From the NCBI GenBank assembly GCA_965113315.1, contig OZ220364.1: a stretch of DNA of 64,000 bases; one strand, written 5' to 3'. The notes under the pieces were generated by a model that ran no database searches, had not been told where the DNA came from, and was given only the letters and a program-made list of their open reading frames with translations. Each line of letters opens with the position of its first letter. The stretch's first letter is position 1. This document shows, one piece after another, positions 12,069 through 52,000 of the stretch. Made by a program: the position numbers and the translations under genes. This DNA comes from Podarcis vaucheri. Its lineage: Eukaryota.

Positions 12069-14459
12069 ATGCACCCATGTCCCTTTTTTAATGACAGTTA
12101 CTGTATATTTAGAATGGGAACAGGTATTTTACCATTCTCTCCTACTGAAGCCCACTAGGCTTGCCAGGACCTTATGCTGTTTCAAAAGGACTGCAAGTCA
12201 GTCTCGCCCCTAGAATTCAATGTAGATATGGATTTCTCAGGAAACTGCCTTTCTAACCTGCCCTTTTCTGAAAAGTTTGTTGAGAATCTGCATTGATTTC
12301 CTGTTGACCTGGACTCAATTCAAGGTGCTGGCCAATAAAGCCAAAGGGATTTAAGCAGCTTCAGCCTTTATTGGCAAAGACATACAACTAAGGATTAGAG
12401 GTAGCACTCCAAGGTAAATCACGAATTAATGATGTCACTTTGGGATATTTATATGTGGTGGAAATACAATTACATCATCCCACATAACACTGGTGCACTT
12501 ATGAGCTAATGTGTGTATAATCATTCTACCAATATAAAAGTTGGCATTGTCACAATTTGAAAATTCTATTAAATCCAACTAGAAGAGGGTTTGCAGCTTC
12601 CCACGTGATGTCAGAAGTACTACCCTCATAATAGAGTAGGTCAATAGAAGAGTTAGTAAAGACTTAATAAAATTAAGTTTCAACTTATACGGGTTATATC
12701 ATGGACCTAGTGCATAAAGCCAAATTTGTGTACTGTATAGTCAAAACACACTTTCCCAAGGTGAGTGCAGTGGCAGGTGAGATTGCCAAGATTCCCCCTG
12801 CCCCTCAGACACCCACCCCGTTTTAATTTTTTTCTGGGTAAGCATGTAAAGCTGAATTCACAAAAGTTAAATGTGTTTAAATTGTGAGTTGATTGGTGTG
12901 TTTTTTTGAATTCTACAGTAAGAGAGGCTCTTCAGCCTGGTTCAATTTTCTGGCCACTCAGACCTGTGCCAGAAATATACAAAACATTCAGTTATGGGGT
13001 GAAAAACTGGGCAGAAACATCGAAACTGGAGTCACAAGAATTTTTAGTTGACAAAAAAATTATACATAAAATGAGAAAAATCTCATTTGAGCAAGGTGCA
13101 AGCAGCTGCTTCAACACTAGGTACACTGCAGTTCCACCATTGGAAACATTACGGCACATTTACAAATATACAAATCCAGGATTAACGAACAGGAGGCAAT
13201 ACTAGAAGCACTTGTACAAAAGACAAATTTCATTTCAAGAGGCAGTCAGGTCAAGTAGCTTAAACTTCACTGGATGAATGAAGAGTTCACAAGCCTTCAG
13301 TTGAGAAGCACAAGCCAGGACTCTGCCTGCCATCTGTGCACATTTCTTGCCCATTTAAAAAACCAATTGCTTCCCAAATAGAACCCTCTGGCTTTCCCCG
13401 TTGCAGGATAGGGAAAGTTGAAACTGAGGCACGAGAGGGAACGCTTGTAATAAAATCATTAAAATGCAAAGAACTAGCTGATTGCTTCCAGAGACCTGCT
13501 CGAGTTCCACACTATTAAAAAGACGAATTGAGGAATGCATTTGCAAGTTTACTATCATTTTTTTTTTTTGAACTAGCTATCCTAGAAGAGTGCAGGGATG
13601 TCCCTAGCAACTGGATTCAAGGATTAGGAGAGCAGCTTTCACTTAGGTATGTGCTGTCTCCAAGTTAAAAAAAAAGCCTGCACAATAATGCCCCAGCAAA
13701 TTCTATGACAAATCTCCAAGAACTGCAAGCACTACATGTGAAACAGAGGCCAGGGATAGAAAGAAAAAGGAGATGGGAGGGGATATCAGTGAAGTTTAAG
13801 TTACTGAGCAATCTCACAAATACACTTTCAGAAATTCACCCCACTATACTCAGTGTCACTGTCAATTGCTGTCAAAGAAAGCATCTCCTTATCCCAGAAC
13901 GCGGGTGTCCATCCTCTGTCACATGTATCTTCTTCAGTCATCCCACCACTGTATCTACCATCACCAAAGCAATACAGGATATGAGGCACAGTTCAACCCA
14001 GTTGTCTGGCTACCAATCCTGATGCTGCTCAAGTTCCGTTGGGATCTGCTCTGAAGAAAGCTGGGGCTGGGGCTCAGTTCACTTGTCTCTTCTTCCTCAG
14101 CACGCTGCCTGCTGGCAATCATTTCCTTGGGCAAACTCTATTCATGTTGACTCTGCAGAATATTCCTGGTGACTATTTTTTCATCCCCAGCACTTCCCAC
14201 TTTTCCAGAAGTTGCTCTCATCAGGTGAAGCAGTATCCCCTTTCCCCCACAACCTAGCTGCCTTTGGGAAAACAGGCTTGCTTCCACTTCACATCCTCTT
14301 CACTTACAATTAAAAAGCTATGGCTTCACTAACTCAAATTCATTCAGCAAACCCCAGATTCTATTTCCAGGGACCGAACAGATTTGGGTCTAATGAGAAT
14401 TATTTAAGACAGCAACTCCACTAAGCATGCAGCAAAAGCTACGAGCTTCCACTGGCCAT

Positions 14460-15595
14460 GCATGGAGGGCTCTATTTTATTAATTCCTCTATGCTTTGCT
14501 ATGTTTACTGCTCCTTTTGTAAACCAAAGTGGTGGATGCGGCATAGAACTCCCTTAAGACAGAAAGTTTAAATCACCATTATGTATGTACAAATGCCATT
14601 CTGACCCCCAATAGCGCAGGATACAACATAACGTGTGCCATATAAAAATGACCGAGTGCACACTGGTCTCCGCCAGCCTTTGGCCTATGGACAGATGGAA
14701 TTCAGTTTCCTTCCTTGCTCTCTCCTGCCTCCTGCAGCTGAAGTAATGCAATAGCAGTGTCACAAAGTAACAGCTGAACAACAGGGTAACAGATTCATTG
14801 CACTGCGGCATCTTCTTAAAAAATAAAGACATGCTTCTCCAACAGTATTTCTTATGATAGGGACTGCTCCCTAGATGGCTGGCAGGTCCCCACAAAGTCA
14901 GAGGCTGCCTTTGCTCCAAGCATCACATCCAGCACACAGTGCCATGGCAACTATGGCAAAAGGGGTTTGTGGGTTTCCTTAAGATTCCTAGATGAAAATG
15001 CTTACACTTAGTCATTATGGGCTACTCACAGGTTCACTAGTCTACTTCTTGGTCACCATGCAGTCTTGAAAAGGTGAATAGCTGATCTCTTGAACACCGG
15101 TGACTGGAAATATACAGCAGTATAACCCCCTTGGATTGAGTTTTAACTCTTCCCTCTTCATCAGCTGGTTTTAAACCATTGTATCTTTTAATCCCATTTT
15201 AACATCTTAAACCCGATCCTTTATTTATTATTATTATTTATTATTAGCTAGTCCTTTATGATGGCCCCTAGTTAGATCCCCTTCTCAAGAGTGTTGCAGT
15301 TTAAGATTGCTCCCCTTTCTCAGCCCAGGTCCGAGTCCCACCCCACCCCATTCCACCAACGATGGCCTCTGAGTAGAGACCTTTTCCTTCCGCTAGTGAG
15401 ATACCCTGGTTTTTGTTTAAATTGGTCACGGAGGCCCACCCTCCCCCCCAACTTTGTAAATTTCAGGAGATGGGGAGTGAAGTCATTTTATGTCCCACAA
15501 TGCTCTTCCCGTCCTCCCTAACCCCCCATTAACAGGGATTTGTAACACTGGGTTGTGGACGAGTTCCCAGTATTCCTCCCAGCGCACACAGGAAC
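14460..15595 (-). other. TNPO2: TNPO2 terminal non-coding 3'UTR exon (may extend to about 12350)
   Basis: Donor G|GTAAGT at 16161/16160, 22 nt after the stop. Strong acceptor actgactgtctttttttctcag| at 15596-15597. Minus-strand AATAAA at 14476-14481 and 12367-12372. Confidence 0.65.
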
Positions 15596-16182
15596 CTGAG
15601 AAAAAAAGACAGTCAGTATTAAATAAAAGTAACCAGCAGAGCACATTAGAGCCTGACTCCCCCTTTCACAGCATGTTGCTCATGCTATCTACTAGTATGT
15701 CTGCAGGATACACAGCCACAACTAACTTGGGCAGACTGATTGCTGCACTGGCAAATTGGGGTCAAAGCCGGAGTAGGGTGGACTTTGAACTCTTCCGCTA
15801 CATTAATTCATAAGCAAATATTAATACGGAAGGCCGAAACCTCAAATTATCAGGATAAGAGGAATTGTGGCTGGGGAATGTGGGCTTTCCTGCACTGCCA
15901 TCTCCTGACACATCCCACAAGGGTAGTAGATTGCTTCCTATATGGGATATTTGATCTCCACATTCACATTCTCAAGAGCCTCTGCTCAGTATCACTGAAG
16001 CACAGATTCTGCATCACTGAGAGGACAACTGACTACAAGCTGGCCTACATCTTTCCATCTCAATTAGCTCCAACATTCAATTCATTCTTCCTACTTTGGT
16101 CACTCCATTCCCTTCTTAGGGCTTTTCTCCCTCTCCCATCTCACCGAATATGGGACTTACCGAGTACGGTTTCACTGTTTGC

Positions 16183-43271
<27,089 letters not shown>

Positions 43272-45049
43272 TTATGACTGCAAACATCACCAAACTAAGA
43301 AGCAAAATTGCATGTTGTACACATCTGAGAGCATCTTCACTTGTAATCAAAATTCAGGTAACCTAGGTAATCAGCCAATGCTTGCTTATATTTGTACAAG
43401 CCAGATGGCAAATTGGTATTTGAGGCCCACAAAAGACAGGATTCATTTAGATCCATAACTCTGTGAGGTGGGCAAGATGGAGAGACAGTGATTTGCACAA
43501 ACATCATAGATGGAGTGATTTCCCATGTACCAGAAAAACTTGTCCACTATCCAATATTGCACATGGACTTCACATGCATAAGTTGCTATACTTCTCCACA
43601 AGCACAAATGTGACCGCTTAAGCAGTGTTAGAAACTGATATGTTATAGCTAGGAGCTAAATGGCAGCTTAAACCTAGGCTATGGGCTCAAAAATGGAATG
43701 ACTGGGCACACTTTTTATAACAATACAAAGCTGAAAATAAATGAACTGCAGCTAAAATATTTCACATGGTCTGGTCCTCCAGTCTTCAGAGAGTAGCTGG
43801 AAGTGGGGAGGCAGAAAAAGGTCTTCCTTTCCTTCCACTCTGCAGTTTTAATCTGAAACCTTAGGCACAGTACAGCACCCAGAGCTTAGAAACTGCTTAC
43901 ACTAATGAAATCTCCTGTCGCAAAAGGCGCCTAGAACAATGGGAGTTTTGAACACTGTGCTTAAGACAATATAAATGAAAACATTTAAAAATAAGTTTTA
44001 CCAAAAAAGATATGCAACAGAGCAAGGTCCTTAGAAAGTGCTAGAAAACCCATTTTTGGCAGCATAGTCAAGATCTATGTATGACTCATCAGAGAGCATC
44101 CATAGAACTTGGGAGGAACTTGCTCAAGGCTCAGCCCTATGGCAATATATAGTAGAAAGGTTGCACTAAAATGAATGAAAGATATACCTAAAGATAGCAA
44201 AGGACGTTGATGTGAGGGATGACTTTGTTTGATACTAGTAATCACACATGTATCATACTACAGTATATAATGCCTAGTTGTTACCCATTTGTTGCATGCA
44301 ATTCTGACAACTTCCGGCAATGCTCTGCTTCTAAGACATATTTTCTAAGGTCTAAATATGCTATTTTGTATCAAGCAAAATGTTTTTCCTCATATAGATC
44401 ACCTATTATTGTTTTGATTTCCACATGAAATGTAACTGCACAACTTCCACAAGCATCCACTTAATAAGGCCTTTGACACAACACTCCACAATCCAATACC
44501 TATAACTGTGCCTTTGTGACTCTTCAAAATGTATTAGAGGTTGAGTGCTCCACAACTATTACACTCAAGTGTGAGAGTACTCACCTCTTTTTAAAAATCC
44601 AGTAGATACCCAGAAACTACCCGCCCATCCATACAAATCATTTTGTAAGCTTTTCACTCCCCTCTCTCCAGCACATCTATTCCAATTTTGATTTTTGAGG
44701 GAGTGAACAGTTATGATCAACAAGCAGGGCTATTTTGCTTCCATTACATTGGGACTGGACATCCTCTTAATACTTCAGAATGAGGGCATGAGATAGGACC
44801 GTGCAACGACTCCACACAGTTGGGGAGACACGTGCTTACAGCAAGGAAATGGAGTACTGTACAAGGTATCAGGCGAGAGCCAAAAAGAGCCGAGCCAAAA
44901 TGCGGGACTCTCCAGCACATCTATTCCAATTCCAGATTGTAACCTTATCTTCCGTCATCTCAGAGATGTAAATATTAGAGGTGACAGATAAACCAACAGT
45001 TTCTAATCACCAAACGGAAGGCCTTCCCACCCCCCGCCCATGCCTAAGA

Positions 45050-46500
45050 GGCTGTGTGCTTTTAAGTACCAGCTGCCTTCTGGGTGGGGACGAAACGTAT
45101 AATGGGAGATGGTTGGTTGCTGCCCTGTTTGAGCTTTCTAGTCGCTTTTAAGAACAAGGCGCTGGGCTGGAGGGACCTTTGGTCTGGTCCGCCTGAGCTC
45201 TTTCTGTTTAAGCGCGTGCCGGGCGACCAGTTCTTCGGCGAAGCTCTCCCGGCTCCCGCCTTGGGCTCTGCAGCAGCACCACCTCCCACACAGAGGAAGC
45301 GTAAGCGCAGCTGCCCAGGGCCCCGCTGACCACCGCGGAAGCCCTCACGCCCCTCCCTCAAAGCCATGTTGGGCCGGAGCAGCCCAGCAGCTTAGCCGGC
45401 AACGTCTCGCCCCCATCAGATCAGGCCCGGCCAACTCGTTTCCCCCCGCCCGCCTCGCCGCCCACGACCGGGCCATTTCAGATTCCGCCCCTCTCCCGCC
45501 CTGCCTCCTCAACCGCTGGGCGACCTAACCCCCGCCAGCCAGCCAGCCACCCGCCCAAGCCCGGCTCCTTGAAGGCTTCGCCTTCGCGAAATCCCTGCCT
45601 AGGCCGAAGCCGGGGGAGCCTCGCGCCATCCCCTCACACGCCCGCTCACGGCGCGCCCCAACCACCGAGCTTCCCACGCGCGCCCAGGGAACCCCGGCGC
45701 TGTACCTGCCCGGTTCCCGCGTGCCCAGGTTCAGGCCGCGGCTTCGGCGCCGAAGGAGGGAAGGAGGAGGTGGGGGGCGGCAAGACGAACGCGACACGCG
45801 GGCGATGAGCCGGGCCGGCCGCCGTCTCTGCCACTCACGTGACTAAGACCAACCAAAAAAAAAGAAAGGAAAAGGGGAGGAGCAGAGGACCCGCTCGCGC
45901 ACGTCTATAGACGAGGGCAAAGCAAGCACGTCACGTGGCTCAGGAGAAAGGGCGGTAGCCACGCCCTCTCCTCCCTCCGTCCGCTAGTCCGGATGGAAGC
46001 GCGGCGCCTTGAGGCAGGCGGCTGACGTCACGTCGCGCAACCTAACCTGGCCGCTGATGAAGCGCTACAAAGCCAGACGGCGGGAGGCTTGATTATGTCG
46101 CCCAGCTGCACGTTGTCACCCCGAACAGATTTCGTTTCGCTTGTTTTTTCTCCCGGCGCAAACTTCCGTTGGCTGAGAGAAAACTAAGAGCTTCTACCTA
46201 AAAACGCAAGCAAACAGGTCTTTTTCAAAGAGCCACCGGGCGCCTTTCCGTGCTCAGTGTAGCAGGCGGTGCCACTGAAGTTCAAGCGGCCGCTGGGCGC
46301 GGGAGGCTGTCCCCGCCCCCGTGGCCGGGCTGGCGCCTCTAGCCTGACCCGGACTCCGAGCCGGGCGGGGAGGCGCCGCGTTTTGTCGGTACAAGAAATA
46401 AGAGAGCGGGGCGCTTCTGGAGTCTTGTGGATGCATATTTCTGGAGGAGGGGGCGGAGGCGTGCCCATTACGTTCTACCGAGCATATGCAGTGCTATCTT
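45050..46500. promoter_or_regulatory. CpG-island promoter and non-coding first exon of TNPO2
   Basis: CpG-rich; minus-strand donor CAC|GTGAGT at 45839/45838; E-boxes TCACGTGAC 45835-45843 and GTCACGTGG 45930-45938; CRE TGACGTCA 46023-46030. Confidence 0.7.
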
Positions 46501-47059
46501 CAAATAATGTTGGCAGAGAAACGTAAAAAGATTACAGAGTTGGGAGCGATCAAACAAACAAACCACACGGGGAGCAACCCCGTGCAAGCAACAGATCATG
46601 GCCGCCTGCTCAAAGATGGACAAACCCCGTGGTAGGGGGCTTCAGGGCACCCGCGTAGCCAGGATTTTTGTTAGGGGGGGAACCTCAGTTAGCTATGTAT
46701 TTTTATTCATTTGTGGGGGCAGCTGCTCCCCCCTGCCCCCCCCCGCCACGCCCATGCTTCAGGGGCAAATCCTTGCTTCCAAATAGGCTACCGGGCTGTC
46801 ACATTTGCCAACAGCTTCATTATAAACTAATCTTGTTTGCATAAGATATGACAATGCTTAGGGCTAGGCTGTTCGATTGCCACATGTATGGTGCTCTTTT
46901 ATTGCATATATGTTTCTTGTACAGTACATGACAATACCTGGTAACTGTCCATGCATGGGCTGCTATGGAGGGATATATCAGGCTGATGATTCTGTGTTAT
47001 GGGATTATTATTATATTTGTTAGTCTCCCTATCTTTCCCAGGGCAACCCAAAGTGACTA

Positions 47060-47308
47060 CAGTCATACCTCGGGTTACGAACGCTGCAGGTTGCGTGTTT
47101 TTGGGTTGCGGACTGCGCCGAACCCGGAAGTATCGGAACAGGTTACTTCCGGGTTTTGGTGCTCGCACATGCACAGAAACAAAATGACATCATGTGCAGA
47201 AGCACTGAATCACGTCACGTGTATGCGCAGATGCGGTGCTGCAGGTTACAAATGCTGCAGGTTGCGAACGTGCCTCCTGCATGGATCACGTTTGCAACTC
47301 GAGGTATG
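47060..47308. mobile_element. Tc1/mariner MITE, right TIR clipped at the SINE junction
   Basis: TA|CAGTCATACCTCGGGTTAC...GCAACTCGAGGTATG, then directly the Sauria SINE. Confidence 0.75.
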
Positions 47309-47649
47309 GGTGGCGCTGTGGGTTAAACCACAGAGCCTAGGGCTTGCTGATCAGAGGCGGTTTGAATCCCCGCAACAGGGTGAGCTCCCGTTACTTGGTC
47401 CCTGCTCCTGCTAACCTAGCAGTTTGAAAGTATGCCAAAAAGTGCAAGTAGATAAATAGGTACTGCTCCAGTGGGAAGGTAAATGGCGTTTCTGTGTGCT
47501 GTTCTGGTTCGCTAGAAGCAGCTTAGTATTGCTGGCCATATGGCCCGGAAGCTGTACACTGGCTCCCTTGGCCAGTAAACTGAGATGAGCGCCACAACCC
47601 CAGAGTCGTCCGCGACTGGACCTAATGGTCAGGGGTCCCTTTACCTTTA
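47308..47649 (+). mobile_element. Sauria SINE, near full length
   Basis: gggtggcgctgtgggttaaaccacagagcc..ggtttgaatccc (B-box-like)..gggtccctttaccttta. Confidence 0.88.
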
Positions 47650-48399
47650 TATATATACACACACACACACATTAAAACCAAGAAGAAAAATACATTAAAT
47701 ACTTCCCACATACCGGTACTTTTAAAAGGCCACATATGGTTAAAGGCCAAAGGTCATGCTACTCCCATAGTCTGCTCTGGAAAACCCACCAGAGCAGATT
47801 TTGAGAGCACATGGCAAGGTGGGGGAAGAGTTGGAGCGGATGGGAAGTCTATATGAATGAACAGCTGTGTTGGATACAACTTATGATGAACATTACAGAA
47901 AACTCAAGGGCTCATAGTAAAAATTCGCTGTCATATAAGTAGCATATTCATATCCCACTTTTCCTCCCAAGCACTCAAGGTGATAGATATGGTTCTGTAC
48001 CTCCCGCATTTAATCCTCCCAGCAATCCTCTATGGTAGAGGAGGCAGCAAGGCAGTGCCTGACCAAAATCACCCAGTGGGCTTCGCGGGGAGGGGGTGTT
48101 GAACCCTGGTCTCCTAATCCGGAACAAATCAATGCACCGAGCAGGATTTAGACAGTTTAAACTTTACACGTAATATTGAAGTAAGATTCTCCTGGTTCAG
48201 ATGTGATTCTCAGCCCGAGCATTCAAGAACAATTCGGTTGGTTGGTCTACCTTTTTATGCTATTTACTTCCGACATAGTGTAGATCGCAACCGAAACATG
48301 AAAATTAGTAATTAGATGGATAGTTATGGACTATGCTGCGCATAGAAATGTTCAGATTTAATTAAAGCTAAGCTGTAATACCGTTTGAATGTGCTTCTT

Positions 48400-49040
48400 T
48401 TGTTTATCGCTCGAAGGAGCTCGGAAACGACCGTGCCTATCGGAATGTCAGTTTACCTTTCCGTCTATCTGCCGCTGCTACGCCCTATCCCTCCGCGGTC
48501 GGGTTGCTTCACACTGCGCAAGCGCGGAGATCCAGTGTTTAGGACTACATTTCCCGATAAGACTTGCGACACGCCGCTCCTCCCCTGCGCCCCTCCCATT
48601 CCGGAGCTGGGGGAGGGAGGTTGCCCGGGCCGGACCCGGCAGCGGCCCCGAGCGGGCGGGCTCGGGCGAGCATGGGGGGCTGCCTTTCCTCGCAGGCGGC
48701 CGATGACCTGTCGCTGCTCAACGACTCTACCGGCGATGGGGCGAGCCTTGGGCCTGGGGATCCGTCTCCACCGCCCATCCCTGTCCCGCCGCCCCCCTAC
48801 CAGGTAGCGGGTCGAGGGTTGCGGGGCGGAGGGCGAAAGGGGGGCTGTGGGGCGGGTTCCCCCAGGCCTCGCCGACTGCGGTGCTGGGCGTCGGGGTCAG
48901 CCCTGGGTAGCCTACGGGGTTCTGCTACGCAAGGGAGTAGGAAGCCGACATATGGGGCGAGGAAATTCGGGCGGCATTTTAGGGGGTGGGCAGGGGTCGG
49001 GTATTGGCTTCGGGTTCTTGGGGTAAATAGGGCGGGGTGA
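48400..49040. promoter_or_regulatory. CpG-island promoter of the RNF11-like gene
   Basis: CpG-rich around exon 1; ZNF143/SBS-type motif ACTACATTTCCC at 48544-48555. Confidence 0.65.
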
Positions 49041-52000
49041 GCTGGAACAGTAGCTATAGAAAGAAACTGGGATGACAGATTAGGGTGGAGACTCCCGACC
49101 TCATCCAGGTATGCTAAAGAGACACAAGAATGGGGCTTGATGCCCTCTCGCCCTACAGTCACCTGGAGAGTGGATGTTACTGGGGTGAGTTAAGCCCAGT
49201 ATTGACTTGGGAATGGATGTACAATGTTGAGCAGGAGACAGAACAGTGTCAAGCACAGAAAGATAATCAATATTTTTGCATTGGCATTAGTATTGCCCTT
49301 TAACCTTTGGACTGTGGTGTGTGAGTCTGAGGTCATGGGTCAAGGTTCTCTCAAAAAGCTATGGAAACGTGAGTTGTGTGACTAGGGCTGTGGTCGTGGT
49401 GGGCATTCAGGGCGAAGAACTCAAAGTCACAAGTCAGCTATAGAAGATAAGAACTGGGGAAGAGAAATAGTGCAGTGTGATTTATAAGAACTGAACAGTG
49501 GATCTGAAGTGAGGAGACCCAAATTCATGTTGAGCTGTGAACTGCTCCACATGATGAAGTATACAACATATAATGTAGAATGTAAATGTGACAGGACCTG
49601 CTTTGAAGTACAGGCATCATACAGGTATGTTTGTTGGTGGGCCAAGATTGACTGCAGCCCCACAAATTGTATGTTTGGTGGGAAACCTGGGTTAATGTGG
49701 GAAATGGCTCTCAATGAGCAGTACAGTACTGAACATAACCAATCAATTACTAAATAGGCTTGGTTGAAAATGAATGTTTAGACTCCAGGCTATCTTATGC
49801 TAGGTGTGCTTTCACCCATCCTGACAAATCTTTAGAAGATGTTGAGTTCCAGGCTGTGGTAACCAGGAACGCAGAGTCAGATTTCATAACACCACCATCT
49901 CTTTCTGCAGAAAAATGACATAGAACACACATGATTGTTATGTCTTGTCCATTTCAACAGTTGTCCTGTGTGCCTTTGATATTTGCTTTCCCATGTCTGA
50001 GGTTTATTGTGGAGCAGCTGCATGTTTCTCTGGCATTTTTGCAAGCTGCCATACCTGCAGAGTAGCATTCTCCAATGTGGGGACAGACAGTCTATGGAAG
50101 AAGAATTACGAAAAACTGAGGGAAATTCTGGTGGTTTCATCCTGTTTGAAACCTGGGGAAGGTAAAGGCAGCACAAACTTAGTTTAAGAGGGTGGCTAGA
50201 ACAAAACATCAGGATTCCATATCTCAAAGAACCAGAGTGGATCTTGGGAAGATGGCTGTTAGAATGTGTGCGGAATTTATTCACATTAATTTCAGAAACT
50301 CTTTGGGCTACCTCCTAAAACATATAGGCAGCAGATTAGACAAATGAAAAACCTGCTTCACACACACACAAATCCCTACACTATTATATTATAGATTGCT
50401 TTCTAAAGGAAATAAATGATAAATACACTGAGGAACTTCCATATTTAAGAAGAGTGTACCACAGATGATTGGATAATGTTTACTAACAACACAGAATGGA
50501 TGTTACCATCATGTTCTGCTTCTGAACTTCTTTAGCTTTTGACTGGCCACTTTTAGACAAAATGCTGAATTAGGTAGACTATTGATTTCAACCAGCACTG
50601 CAATTCTTGTGTCCCAAATCTTGATTGGGGCAGTGTTCCTAACAATTGTCATCTGCTTTAGAGACCAGTAATTTAATGCATGTCTATGGGGGCAACTTGC
50701 AGTTTGCTAAAATGTCTTCATTTTAAATGCAGTGGCTTGGGAGCAAGGGCATTCTGCTGCATGAAAGCAATTGGGGGCATGGGCATTCCAAGCTAACAGT
50801 ATATTATTGGACCACTGTCTCACAATAAATGTTTGTCTAGATACATCCCAAAATAGAGGAGCAAGAGATGGATCTGATTGTTTTATGGTGAGTTAATTAG
50901 TTCTGCAAGGATCCCAACACCAGAGTCCAGAGCAGACAGAAGGGCTTCTTATGCATCTGCAAATGATGCGCTTGCTGTTTAGTTAGTTAGCAATTGCTGG
51001 CTCACTCCCCTGTAAAAACTTAAAATGCCAATCAGAAACATGATAGCACCATGATTTAGCCCATCTGGTGTACTACAGAGTAGATATTATCTGACAGTTT
51101 CAGCTTACATATGCCAAAAAGTTAAGTATGTAAATGTAGGAGCCTGCAGGGTTATTTAGTTTTGCCACATTTGTGGAAATATGTTGAATAACTAGCTCTA
51201 CTGGAGTAATATAGGGGTCTGTGAAGAAAGAATAGTTGATGGCTGAACTGCTGTATGTTGAGTGTGGGTTTATCTCCATTTGATTACTGGCTGGTTACAA
51301 GAGTAGCAATCACTCAGCCACTCTGTCTTCTGCATTTCTAGGAACATGCACCAATTCCAGTATATCACCCAACGCCCAGCCAGGCACGTCTTGCCACACA
51401 ACTAACAGAAGAGGAGCAGATCCGTATAGCTCAGAGGATTGGGCTGATTCAACATCTTCCCAAAGGAATATTTGATCCAGGCACAGAGCCATCGGAAAAG
51501 AAAATCAAAGAGTATGTTTTCCATGTGCAATGCTTTGCGTTTATCCAGTTCACTGAGACTATTTGCTAGTAGATGCATATATGGCCTTTATAGCCCACTG
51601 ACAATGTGTAGCAATTCTCTTTCCAAAATGGAATATGGGTATATTGTACTGTCCAATTCTTGGTTTTAAAAAATGATGACTTTAGGCATAAAAAGGTTGA
51701 CTATCCCTGGTCTGATTCCTGGTCAATCACTACCAGTTCAGACCGCATTACTTTACATTTATTTGCTCGTTCCCTCAGTTTTGGAGAAGTTCTTTTAGAG
51801 CTTTTCACAATCCCTTTATGATTTAACCACCCTGAACAACTTAGTGTCATGAGCAAACTTGGCTACCTAACTGGTCTAGCTTGGTTTTTTTTAATAAAAA
51901 AAAGTACAGGTCCCAATACTAATTCTTGTGGGACTCCACTTTCTGTCTGCTGTAGTAAGGTTTGTTCTTCTATATGCTTGGCCATTTTATCCTTAACAAT

